DNA of 64,000 nt from Psammoneis japonica (lineage: Eukaryota): NCBI GenBank assembly GCA_008632985.1, contig QPGO01000026.1, positions 186,001 through 250,000 on the forward strand, written 5' to 3'. The number at the start of each line of letters is the position of its first letter. The first letter of the stretch is position 1. The notes under the pieces are model-generated. The model saw only the letters and a list, made by a program, of their open reading frames with translations. It had not been told where the DNA came from and did no database searches. The translations under genes were made by a program, and so were the position numbers. This document shows, piece after piece, positions 1-11,744 of the stretch.

Positions 1-700
1 CAAACCTTTGTGAAATCCCATCTTGGCACTGACACTCGTTTTGGCAAACCGGTTTTGCAATTTTTGGTTTCTAGAGTGACAGGAATAGACTCGCTGGGTG
101 GAAGAGGGAAATGATTAGTTAAGGCACGCATCAACTCTTTTCTCCTTGGCAGAACTGTGCCAAGCTCAATGTTGCTGTTGCCAGTGTGCCTCTCAATGAA
201 ATCAACAATGCAATCGCACAATTCCAGGGGAGCACCACGTGTGTCCATGATCTTCTTGCACAACTCTACGCAAGCTCCGTTGAGATTTGTCAAAGAGGGA
301 GTAGAAGCCAAGGCCTCTTCTGCAGGAGCGTCGTGCCTTGTCCCCAAACGTTGATCCTCATCGTGAATGTCCTCTTCCTCCTCCATTGTCACGTCCAACA
401 CTGCAGCAAAGGATTGACCGCCGCCAACATCCAAATCATTCATTGCCAAAAGTTCAACTCCATGCATGCTGTGGTTTGATGAAATGGAGGACATGTCGTC
501 CATTCCGCATGGCGCGTCATCCTGGGAGGGGAACAAGGGGCTGCTGCTCGGATCACTTGTTGAAGATCTTGGGAATCGGCTGCAAGTGGATCGCCTCGGA
601 TGGGATTCGTCATCATCAGAGGACAAAGAGGAAGAACTGCCGCTTTCTTTGGGTGCCCCCTCTATTGTGGCAGGAATGTCGCTTTGATCTGGGACCAGAT
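1..700 (-). pseudogene. N-terminal part of a degenerate transposase-like ORF (Plavaka-like by recollection), running off the window
   Basis: Minus frame reads ...CVELCKKIMDTRGAPLELCDCIVDFIERH...LPRRKELMRAL. It is TpA-depleted and divergent from a transposon-accessory-type ORF. Family assignment is tentative. Confidence 0.35.
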
Positions 701-1270
701 CTTGGGTTTGCAACTCTTGGGCAACTGAGCAACACGTCGGTGAGCATCTCCAATGGCAGGCTGTTCGCAAAAAACTTTGGCCACAACCGGGACAGAGAAG
801 AGGGTTTCCGCCCATTGTCAATCAGACAACATTGACAGGGCCTTCATCAAGACTCATGCTCATCGTCCTTGTCTTGTGGATGGGAGGGAAAAGAAGAACA
901 ACACGCAAAAAAATGGCGGGAAATTGGCAAACATTGCATTTCTTCCAGATTTGGATGATTCTTGTGGGCATGACGTGTCTGCATTTTGATTTTTTATCTG
1001 GCATTCACCATGAATGTTGCACTTTTTATTTGCTGTCAAAATGCGAAATGTTGTCTGCATTGAAACGCAATGACAGCCACACGAAAAAGTGGGTTGGACC
1101 ATTCGTTGTTATGTGCAAACACATTTTCAAATTTCAGTGTTGCTGACAATAATTTGTGCAATGTCACAGAGAAAAATAGAGTGCCTGGCTGTCTCAACAC
1201 GACCCAATCGACGGTTGCACTGTCGAACAGTGCCACTCCTCTCATTGTTGCTGTGAAAAGATCAAGCAAG

Positions 1271-2587
1271 ATGTCGTCTCCAGCACCACCGGCAAAGAAG
1301 AGAAAGAAAAATGAGACTGTCAAGCAAATGAGCCCGAGACTTCAGGCAGTGTTGAAGAGAACAGGTGCGCAGGCAGCGCATGGTGCTTTGAAATCAGAAG
1401 CAGAGAAGGTGGCCAGAAATGATCTCTTTCCACAGCTGAAGTTTCTCAGTCCGTCAGAATTGGCAAGCAATGGGAGCGTCTCAATGTTTGTCAAGAAACA
1501 GATTGCTGGTGGCAACATGGACACTTCAAATTGGTCAGGAACTTGGGAGGAATGGGCAAAAAAGGCGGTAAAAAGGCAAATTAACAATCGCAGAAACACG
1601 GTGTGTTCGGCTGTTGGGGTGGAGGCAATGGCCCGTAAGTTGAGTGACCAATGTGTGTGATTCGAGAGTTGCGTGCATCTCACAAGAATGTGACGGTGAT
1701 GCTTTGTCTGTGCAGCCGTTGTCACCAAGGAAGAGGGAAAGGAAAAAGAAAAGAAACTCAAGGCGGCAGTCAGGAGGAAAAAGCAAAACAGGAAAAAGTC
1801 AAGCCGTGACATCAATGAAGAGAATGACATCCCGTTTGTGCCGACATGGGATCCGTTTGGCCTGGACACCATCACAAGCAAGAAACGAAGGAACAAGCAG
1901 GCACACAAGTGGTTCTGTGATCACATCCTGCCTCAAACCAAGCAAAAGCAGGCATGGAGTCGCACCATCAAAACTGGGAACGCACAGGTCTCACAGTTGT
2001 TTGCGGCAGGTGACGAAGCTTTGGCGCTGTTGGCTGTGGAGAAATGTTGGCAGGTGTGGGCATGCAGGAACAAGGAGGAGGCGGTGGAAGAATTGGGTGA
2101 GGAAATGGAGCCCGAAGAAACAAGGCCTGCCCCTCGGTGCACGAAGCCAAAGAAACAACGAGTGTCTTGGGGAGACGAGGGAATCAATCGGTTCAACGAT
2201 TTACACAAAGAGGTGACGACAGACAGAGACTCCAAGGAGGGCAAGGAGTTTGAAAAGTGGCATGCGGAGATCAAGAAAAGCGAGTGCGAAAAGTCCGAAG
2301 AAGCAAAAAAGAAGAAGAAGGAAGCACCGACCGGTGATGCGGAGAAGGTGAAGGCAATGAACAGCCCAATGGTGGAGAGCAGCAGGGACGATGACAGTGA
2401 CGACGATGAGCAGGAGGAAGGGACAAAAGGCGAAACGGACGACGGAGGAGACGAGTCCGATGGAGATGAGTCCGATGAGGATCGTCAGCTTAGTTCAAGA
2501 GAGTTGCAGCAAGAAAATGTGTGCACAGTTAACACAGCACTCAGTCATTGCACTGCAGACATGACGAGGGATTGCCTTGGCCGATGA
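1271..2587 (+). pseudogene. Two-exon transposon-accessory-type protein (NLS-rich N-terminus, acidic tail)
   Basis: ATG at 1271; GT-AG intron 1635-1715 joins the 1070 and 1838 ORF frames in frame. Motifs GDEALALLAVEKCW and SWGDEGINRFNDL..EV..DR. TpA-depleted. Confidence 0.5.
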
Positions 2588-5233
2588 AATGATTTTCTCA
2601 TTTCAAACAATCTTTACGAAAATTTACAAACCAAGGATTGTGTGGCAATGCAATCATGCATTGGCACATGGCAACAAGGTGGAGGCAGAAACAGTGATGT
2701 GGACACAGTGAAAAATGGCGTGCATGATTCTTGACAAGTCATTGCAACATTTGTGTGCCAAACTTGCAACCAGAGGTTGGCCTTTAATTGTGTCGCAATG
2801 ATTTTTTGCAATGTTTTGATGAATTTTTATCATGCAAATCTGCACATTTTTAACATTTCGTGCACTCTGATGAGAACTTGTGCATGTGGATCAAAGTGGC
2901 AAATTGCACTCTAACCCTGCAGTCCAAAGACTTTTTGAACATGTTTTCTAGTGCAGCGCAAGACTCAGATCTCTGGGGCCAATGCCTCCAACCAGAATGA
3001 CCCTGTTGAGTGCGGTCACTTGGCAGCACAGAATGCTGCTCATGCTGTGCTCATTGGAGCAGATTTGCTCGTGAAGTTTTGGCTGCATGCTTTCCATCAC
3101 TGTCTCTGCATCACAAATGCCAAGATGTTGCTCCTGCTGCTCTCTTGCTGCAGGAAAAAAGGAAGGCTGTTTGGTGCTCACACACCCGGATGCCATGTTT
3201 GAGCTTGCAAGAATTGCTGTTGCCTGGCTGTTTTGTGCTCCAACTGCTCCATCAAGGAAATTTTCCTTGGTTGCCTCTCTGATGCTGCCAAGAGTGTCAT
3301 CTGGTGTGAACCTGCCACATCCCATGTCAAGATTGACAAGCACATTTGTTTCAATGAAGGCATGAATGACCTTCCCCATGCAGTTGCTGCAAGGTTGCAT
3401 TGGCTGGGACTTGTCTTGTGCAGGAATGACTGGGAGGACCTGACTCAAGCAATGGCAGTTTCTGACGTGGGTGGCACAAGACCATCTTGATTTCAAAAGT
3501 CCAGACCAGCATGTCTGGCATCCAACTAGAATGGTGTTTGGAGCTCCCAATCAAAGAGCAACCACAGCCATTTGTGGTGCTTGCCAGCAATAGATTCACC
3601 CATCACCGCACTGATCCATTGCTGGTGCACACCAGCAATGCATTTGCCAATGACCCTGCATCACTGACTGAGAAGATGGTGGGCACCAATCTGTTTCTGG
3701 TGCTTGCCAGTGACAGAATTTTTCTTAAAAAGACTCATTTCTGATTGGCGTCAATGCTGCATGTCAGAAAAACAGGGTGGTGCGTGACACTGCAGCTGAG
3801 CTTTCTCTTTGTGCCAAGAGACTGCACAGGGAAACACATGCATGGGCCATGCACCAGGTCTGCAGAGCAAGGTTCAAAGTGGAAACTGAAAACCTGCCAC
3901 ATCAATTGTTTCTCTGAGAATGTGCTCAGGCATCCCCTGAAAACAACTCACCAGACAATGTTGAAAATCCAAGTGTCGGGCCGTGCTCACTCCCAAAAAG
4001 TGCTCCTTCAGGTGCTCCTTGACCTTGCCTTAAACACATGTTTTCAAGGCCCACCTTTGGATCTTTGGCTCTTGAGCATGTCACCTGGCATTGATCGGAT
4101 GACATGACTCATTGCACCATGTGGCCAGTGCAGTGTGGTGCAGAGCAAATTTGTTCACCATCACACTGCCACAGCAAGTTCACTGTCCCAACTCTTGGCA
4201 GGAGCAGTGTGAGCCTCAAGCCAGCCATCTCTCAGAAGAGGTTGCTCTGTAAACTTCATGAGAAGCCTGTTGCTTGCTGGACAGTTGTTGTGCGCAGATG
4301 AGATGAGCGGAAATGACTTGTTGGGAATTCTGTTTTTGGCTCACTCCACTGTTCGAACAAGTTGTTTGTCGGAAACGTCAGAGCGGCACACAACAAGCAA
4401 TGGGAGGAAATGTTGAGTGTGCTTATGCCGCGAAACACAACAGGCTTTGTTAACCCAAAAAGCGATTCTCATCGTTTAACAGTTCCCAGATCCATTTGTT
4501 CAATCGGCAGGATCCATGGCGCTTTTTGAACAAACTCCTGGCAGTGGATCGAGAGAGACGCTCTACTTTGAATACACACTTATTATAACAATGGATCAGA
4601 CAACCGTTATAGAGCACAGAATGTGTTTTTGAACTTGTTGTTTCACCGCGTGCGGCAGCTGGCACATGCAAAAGACAGCAGGTTGCGTTTCCTTGTCAAA
4701 CGTAATTGGAAACGACAACCAGCATTGTCACCAGTAGCCAACAAGAATTCCTTAGTTACATCTCGAACAGCAACGTCTTTCCAATAATGCGGGCCCTCGA
4801 CAACAACAGTGCGGATTATGATGGGAGTATTATTGCGCATTCCATCCTTTTTCATCACTAGAGGAAAGTAGACAAGCGCGGGGTGCTGCTGATTTGTTAA
4901 ACTGAAACAATACGACACAAAGAGGAGAGCTTCCTTCTTTCCAACCACACCCACATTGGTTAATGAGCAACGATTTGGTGGCGTCAGCAATTTCCCGCTG
5001 TTGATGAAAGGATTGTCATTCCCTTTGGAAGCAAGAACAAGTCTGCGTAATTATTGTTCAACATTCAAGCTTCGGGATACAACCGCCAGAGCGTTCTTCT
5101 GATTGGCTCCATTCAAGGGATTCTCTCTTGAGTCGACGTGTCATAGTAGTCGACAAACAAAAGTCCACACTGAGAAGCTAGATAGGCGGCATTTTCATTG
5201 TTTTCCAGCACAGAGATCTGCCTTTTGCTTTGA

Positions 5234-7890
5234 CTAGTCAAGAGGACGTTTTGAAGGTGACCGCGTCGCCTTAGCCATGTCGTTTAAATCCAATCCGTCT
5301 TTCCGAAGGATCTGAACATTGGCTTCGGTCAAGAATGACACCAGACCAGGTTCAAGCACAACAATCACTTCCAAATTTGACGGGACAACAGTTTCACGGA
5401 AAGACACCCCATGGCCGTAACGCCAAGCAATTGTATTCCCATTTAAGTCGATAACATCTGTGCCCGTTGGTAGTTTTGTCTTGTCCGTTGTCAGCGCGAC
5501 CATCACAAACACTACTTGCTTCTCGCTGACGTGACAACACGACTTCTGTAGCTCTTTAGCCATCATGGTCGAATTCACCTCCTGCTTGCCGTTCTTGAAC
5601 TGCATCTCAACAATGGCATCCGTACGGTCGGTTCTGAAAAGCAGGTCTCCAGAAGAAGACATTGGTCGTGGAACGTAGAAGATTCCATTCTCAAACAAGC
5701 CGACTATTTTCGCAAGGTCATCCGGGTGGACGTCATTGAATCCAGCAGCAGACGGGTTGTCGAAGAACTTACGCAAGTCAGCGACAGTTTTTCCAGGTCT
5801 TGGAACGGTCGTAATTTTGGGAAATGATTTAAAGTCGACGTATCGGAATGTGTCCTCCCCGATGATAGATCCTTCCAAGAAGGGCAGGCACTGGCCGAGA
5901 GGTCGAGGGTCCAAGTGGAGCTCCTCGCTCACACGCAAGCGAAGAATGTGCTGTACCATTGTCTCTAGCAAGTCACCTGATCTCTGTGCTTTCGCCTGAA
6001 TTGGGAATACATTGTACAGCGAACTCCAAAATGGAAGCCGCGGATCTGGACTTTTCTCTGCAACTTTGTCCAAGATGACCGGGGGTATGACCAGAAAATG
6101 GCAATCGGCATCCCAGCGTTGTAGGTACAAGGGAAACGCGCTACACACTTCCAGCGTCATTACGTCCCCTTCAAATCCCCAGAACCGCCCTTCGATGGTT
6201 GTGCNNNNNNNNNNNNNNNNNNNNNNNNNNNNNNNNNNNNNNNNNNNNNNNNNNNNNNNNNNNNNNNNNNNNNNNNNNNNNNNNNNNNNNNNNNNNNNNN
6301 NNNNNNNNNNNNNNNNNNNNNNNNNNNNNNNNNNNNNNNNNNNNNNNNNNNNNNNNNNNNNNNNNNNNNNNNNNNNNNNNNNNNNNNNNNNNNNNNNNNN
6401 NNNNNNNNNNNNNNNNNNNNNNNNNNNNNNNNNNNNNNNNNNNNNNNNNNNNNNNNNNNNNNNNNNNNNNNNNNNNNNNNNNNNNNNNNNNNNNNNNNNN
6501 NNNNNNNNNNNNNNNNNNNNNNNNNNNNNNNNNNNNNNNNNNNNNNNNNNNNNNNNNNNNNNNNNNNNNNNNNNNNNNNNNNNNNNNNNNNNNNNNNNNN
6601 NNNNNNNNNNNNNNNNNNNNNNNNNNNNNNNNNNNNNNNNNNNNNNNNNNNNNNNNNNNNNNNNNNNNNNNNNNNNNNNNNNNNNNNNNNNNNNNNNNNN
6701 NNNNNNNNNNNNNNNNNNNNNNNNNNNNNNNNNNNNNNNNNNNNNNNNNNNNNNNNNNNNNNNNNNNNNNNNNNNNNNNNNNNNNNNNNNNNNNNNNNNN
6801 NNNNNNNNNNNNNNNNNNNNNNNNNNNNNNNNNNNNNNNNNNNNNNNNNNNNNNNNNNNNNNNNNNNNNNNNNNNNNNNNNNNNNNNNNNNNNNNNNNNN
6901 NNNNNNNNNNNNNNNNNNNNNNNNNNNNNNNNNNNNNNNNNNNNNNNNNNNNNNNNNNNNNNNNNNNNNNNNNNNNNNNNNNNNNNNNNNNNNNNNNNNN
7001 NNNNNNNNNNNNNNNNNNNNNNNNNNNNNNNNNNNNNNNNNNNNNNNNNNNNNNNNNNNNNNNNNNNNNNNNTAAGCGAGGCAGAAAATTTGCCCCGAAA
7101 GTTGATTTCCCGGCGCCAAACATCTGCGCTGATGTTGCTAGACTGAGTCGGTATTGAGATTGTGAACCAGTTGTCGTTGTTCGGTTTCTCTTCCGCTTCT
7201 TGTAATTCGCAAGTAAGACCGTGGCAAGTTGCTCGCATTCTGCCTCGCGGTTCACGAACGGCAAAGGAGTAGCTGATTCATCAGATTCAGAAACCTTTAG
7301 CGCCGGGAATTTGTCGAATAGTACCGTGAGTGAATTTTGTTGTTGCTGCTGCTGCTGCGATAGACTCGCCGCGGTCAGAAGATCTCTATCAGAACCATTA
7401 GCCGCTCGGTCCAGATGGACACCTGGAGATTCCTGTGTATTCTTTCCATTTCGGGGTGCGGCAACTGGTGTCTTGAAGGGGCTATGCAGTGACGCTGCAC
7501 GAGTCACAGTGTTAGACTCATCTGGAGTTGAAAGCGTAGGCGTGATTGAACATTATAGTACAAGTACAAGCAACAGTTAAACTAACCTTCTCCCTGCTGC
7601 TGCCACGGAGGTTGGTGGTCCAGCAGAGCTTTTACAATAAGAGGGTTTGGGCCCGTCGTATCTCTTGGAACGGGTTTGTAAGGCTTGAGAGGCTTGTCTT
7701 TGTTCGGATCTGCACCCGCAGCAAAGACCTGGAGTTCTGAAGCATCCGTGTTCTTCAACGCATTTGCTGACTTCTCCTTGATCTTTACCCTCAGATTTGC
7801 CACAGTACGCGTAATATCGCCATCTTCCAATGATACGTAATCCACCGATGATGCGAGGTCAAGAAGCTTGTACCAAACAACGATCGTCAT
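5234..7890 (-). CDS. Crinkler/CR-type protein copy 1: N-terminal ubiquitin-like header, P-loop NTPase, C-terminal REase-like domain
   Basis: ATG at 7890; intron 7586-7522 (GTTAGT...CCAG) restores frame. Header VVWYKL...LRVKIK...LQVFAAGADP...NPLIV; Walker A-like QMFGAGKST; GDLLF...EMQFK. Middle hidden by an N gap. Confidence 0.7.
6205..7072. other. Assembly gap (N run)
   Basis: Run of n inside CR-type gene copy 1. Confidence 0.99.
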
Positions 7891-7943
7891 GGTGTTGACC
7901 CAGAAATCTCGATTTTCACTGCACCGTGCAGGCATCTTGCTCA

Positions 7944-8146
7944 AAACGCGCGAATTTCGCGCGACCACTGAGTCTTGCTCTCAGCTCATGTGGAGGGATT
8001 GTTGCAGAGAGCATGTTTTTCCAAACCAAAAGTGGCTGGCCTGAAACGCGCGAATTTCGCGCGACCACTGAGTCTTGCTCTCAGCTCATGTGGAGGGATT
8101 GTTGCAGAGAGCATGTTTTTCCAAACCAAAAGTGGCTGGCCTGAAA
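7944..8146. repeat. Tandem duplication of a 100-bp unit (2 copies)
   Basis: aaacgcgcgaatttcgcgcgaccactgag... starts at 7944 and at 8044. Confidence 0.95.
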
Positions 8147-8278
8147 GTGCAGAAAGCTGCAGATGAGTTGTGGCATTGACCAAAAATGTGCCATCGACTC
8201 TGACTCCTTCCTTCTCTCTTTTCTCCTTTCTTTTCTCCTCCTCTCTTCCTCTCCCACTTCGACACAATTGAGGGCCTT

Positions 8279-9042
8279 TGCAGCATGACGGGTTCCAGTC
8301 CTACCGTAGGTGGGACTTTTTGTGACATTTGCCCCGTAGAATTCTACGTGCGAGCTCTGTAGTTCGTACTCTGGTTAATGTATATATTTATCTTCGACAT
8401 AAAAAAAACGGCCAAGTTTGTAGTGCATCTATCCCTGTCCGTACTCGAAGTTTTGGATAATACGCCTGCCCTACGCCATTCTTAAGACACTCGAGAATGG
8501 CGTAGAAGAAAAAAATATTAAAAGTTGTTCAATGGATAGCCTGATAATTGTACTATAAAATCATACAAAATTTCGCCAAAATCACGTAGAAATGTACGTG
8601 CGCGACATACGACGCGATTCAAAAAACTATCGATGTCACAGTTCAGTAGTGCGAGGTCCCACCTAGACCTGGAACGCGTCGCATGCGACTGTTACACACA
8701 TGTTTGTAATTGTGTGTTGTGTGTGTCAATCGCACCACAGTCGTGGATGCGTACAAAGGACAGAACGATCACACAGAGTTGATCGGATGTCGAAAATTGC
8801 AAACACGATCGATTGATGATGTTGACATCTTGCGTGTCAACAGCAATCGCACCCGGACAATCTGTTGTCACGAATGTATTCTCCGAAAGGCCTTTTGTTT
8901 GTAGAAGCAGTGCAGAAGCTTAAGGCCATTGAGAACTCATTCGGAGAAACCAAAAATCACAGAGCAAAATTTAATCTCACAATTTTCCACTTTTCGTGCA
9001 CTGTTCTACTTTCGTTTGCACTCGTTCTTCGAGCACAATGCA
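8279..9042 (+). repeat. 5' LTR (~366 bp after removing the nested MITE)
   Basis: tgcagcat...gcgactgttacacac...cttcgagcacaatgca aligns with 30598-30713 plus 40763-41014. Confidence 0.85.
8287..8680. mobile_element. MITE (~394 bp) with GACG.GTTCCAG-type TIRs and 4-bp TSD GCAT
   Basis: gcat|gacgggttccag...ctggaacgcgtc|gcat. Shares internal motifs such as gtagaattctacgtgcgagctc with the copies at 22921 and 38970. Confidence 0.85.
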
Positions 9043-11744
9043 TTGTGTGTGCACACCACAGAAGGTAAAAAGCACGGAAAATGAAAATTTCAACCAATGT
9101 GCCTTTGCAAATTCTTCCACAAACAGGGACGAATTGCACCAGTTCTGCTAGAATCGATTTCCGAGCGGAAGAAGCTCAATCCGAGCAGCACCTCAAGATG
9201 GAACACTGTTTTTCGTCCAGCAAATGACAAGATTCGTTCCAGTGCGGTCCACTCCAAGCATCCAAGGATCAAGGACTCTACAAGCACACCACATTGTCAA
9301 AAAATCTACGCCAAGTCATGGTTGCAGAGAGCGCAAGTCCCGAGTCGATCAGATCCGAGAAATGCATCTACTTTGCAAGGAGAGACCATTGGAGAGGTTT
9401 TTGAGACCGAATCAACGAGCCTCGAGTCCAAAGAGCAAGAGGGAACCGTTCAAAAGCACCTCAAGAGTCTCTCATCTCATGTCTTTCCAGGAATTGCACT
9501 TCAGAATCAGAGTTGTTTGTTTCGAGATGATCTGAAGAAACCAAAGGCTCTCAGCAGCAAGAGAGTGCCCATTCGACCCAAGAGGTCAATGAAGAGCGTC
9601 CACACGACCCTTCAATCGATTCTAAGTTGAATCTAGCGGGAAACCGAGCCGTGAGCCATTGGCTGTCACTCGCACCACAAGGATGGCAGCATCAGTCTAC
9701 TGTCCAAAACAATCAACTGTTGCAACTCATCCTTGATGAGCTGATTAAGTTTTGAGTCATCCAAAGGTCGTTCATGACGTCCATGACAAAAAAACACATC
9801 AACTCAGGCTCTGACAGCGCAGTTGGTTCCAGAATAGAAAAGGTCCCAAATTTGGTTCCCAAAATGGTCTCCTGTGTGGCACCAGAACAATCCAAAGTGA
9901 GTGCAAGGTCCAATCTTTGAAAAAAGAACACCCACATCACGGATTGATGCCATTCTGAAAATGAACCAGCAAAAGAACGCCTTGGACACTGTGAATGTGA
10001 TCCAAAACGGTGCCGTTCTAATGGCAATCGCACGTGGCGTCGCAACAACGAAAATGCCGCTCGCAAAAAAAAAAAAGTTGAGCGTCATGATTGATCAGGC
10101 AGTTCAAAAAAAACACTCAAAGCGAGTTCTTTGAACAAGAAAAAGAGCAAAAGAGTGCAAGGGTGGCTCTGAAAGAGACCCAAAAAAAATGTGACACTCT
10201 AACAGCAATCGCACGCGGCATGGCGATGGCAGGAAATGCCTCTGTGAAAGAGGAGTTGAACCCCACAATGAACTGGGCAGTTCACAAAAACAATTAAAAT
10301 GAGTTCCTCAGCAAAGGAACAAAAAAAATGAGAGCAAAAATTGTGACTCTAAAACACTTAGAGAATGAAACTGTCGATTTAGAAAAATTGACCCGATCGA
10401 GTCCGATCAAAAATTCACACCGATCGAGGAGCATGCCGCATCACAGGGCATCTGGAAACCCAGAAAAAACATCACAGTGTGTTGTGCGAGTCCTGTTCTT
10501 GCCGTCTACATGACTGCTTCTCTGAGAAAAGCAAAAAATGAGCTTCTGCGTGTTCTCTTGACAAAGAACATCGTCGGCCCATGATTTTGCGCAAAATCGT
10601 GCAAAAGTTGAGAACCAAAATGTCCGCCACCAAAAAACTTGGGAAACCAAGGGTGAGCTCTTTACAACTGACAGTAGAAACCAAGTTCAGTTCTCACTGT
10701 TCAAATTTAAGACACACTGATGTTCAAACAGTGCATGTCGACAACGCGAAATCTTCTTCAAGGTCGAGCAACATGATCATGGGACGCGACTCAATGTCCA
10801 GTCTTGCAATCACATTAGACTGTGCAAATGAAGAAATCAAATGGGAAGAAGCAATTGCCCTGTGAAGAATGTTCGCACACTCTTCGATGCCGATGTTTTC
10901 AAGCTGAAAACCGACCACATTGAAAAATGTGACACCGTGAACAGAGTTGACAACGGAGCCAATGGCCCTCGACTCACATTGTCATGTTGTGAGCAAGACT
11001 TAAACATTTGGCTCAACATCCCTCTCGAGCGCTTCGAGATGTGCTCGAGATGTCGTCGCCCAGCTCCCTCAACCCACCACCCGCAGAAGGGTCGTCACAA
11101 ATGGTCTCCTGGTGGTGAACAGGAGGGAACTGCTTTTTCACACATCATCAGCATGGACATTAAATGGCACCATTTCATCAAAATATATTCCTCGTCATGC
11201 TCATTTTTTCTAGCAAGCGACATCATTGACAGCGCGGCACTTGCTTAAGGCTCTACCATTTTGTTGTGAAATCCCGATCACTTCGTCCGTTTCGCGCGCG
11301 CTTTGTAGCTTGCAGATGGCGCGTTGCGACAGAAGAGGTGCGGCGTCATTCAATTTATTCGGGGCCAAATGCAACACAATCACGTGACCATCATCCGGTT
11401 TTAACGGTCGACCGTTGAGTTCACTCCTGTTTGACGATGCTCACATTTTTTGGTGCGTCGTGAAAAGGAAGCAGGCAATACGAGGGCTGCACGCAGAATT
11501 TATAAATACCGTACACCTCTTTAAGGAATTAGAATTGGAATTGGAGTGGCGTTAAATGGAAATTTCAAATTTCAAAAGCAATCGACGACGAAAAAAGAAT
11601 GGTTTACGGTGCAAAACCACGTCTTGTGTATCACTTTACGCTTCATGAACTTGGGGGCACCACAAGCATCCGTGTAAGTTTGTTGAAAAGAAACATCAAC
11701 AACCAGCAGCGGATTGTTTCAGCAGCGTCCAAATAAGACCACAG

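Noticed and set aside
6012..7238. Long ORFs spanning N runs (also 62115-63014)
   Set aside because: Artefacts of assembly gaps
9060..11190. Possible gag/pol of the giant LTR element
   Set aside because: No recognisable protease, RT or integrase motif; only a degenerate ~180-bp duplication near 9950-10300
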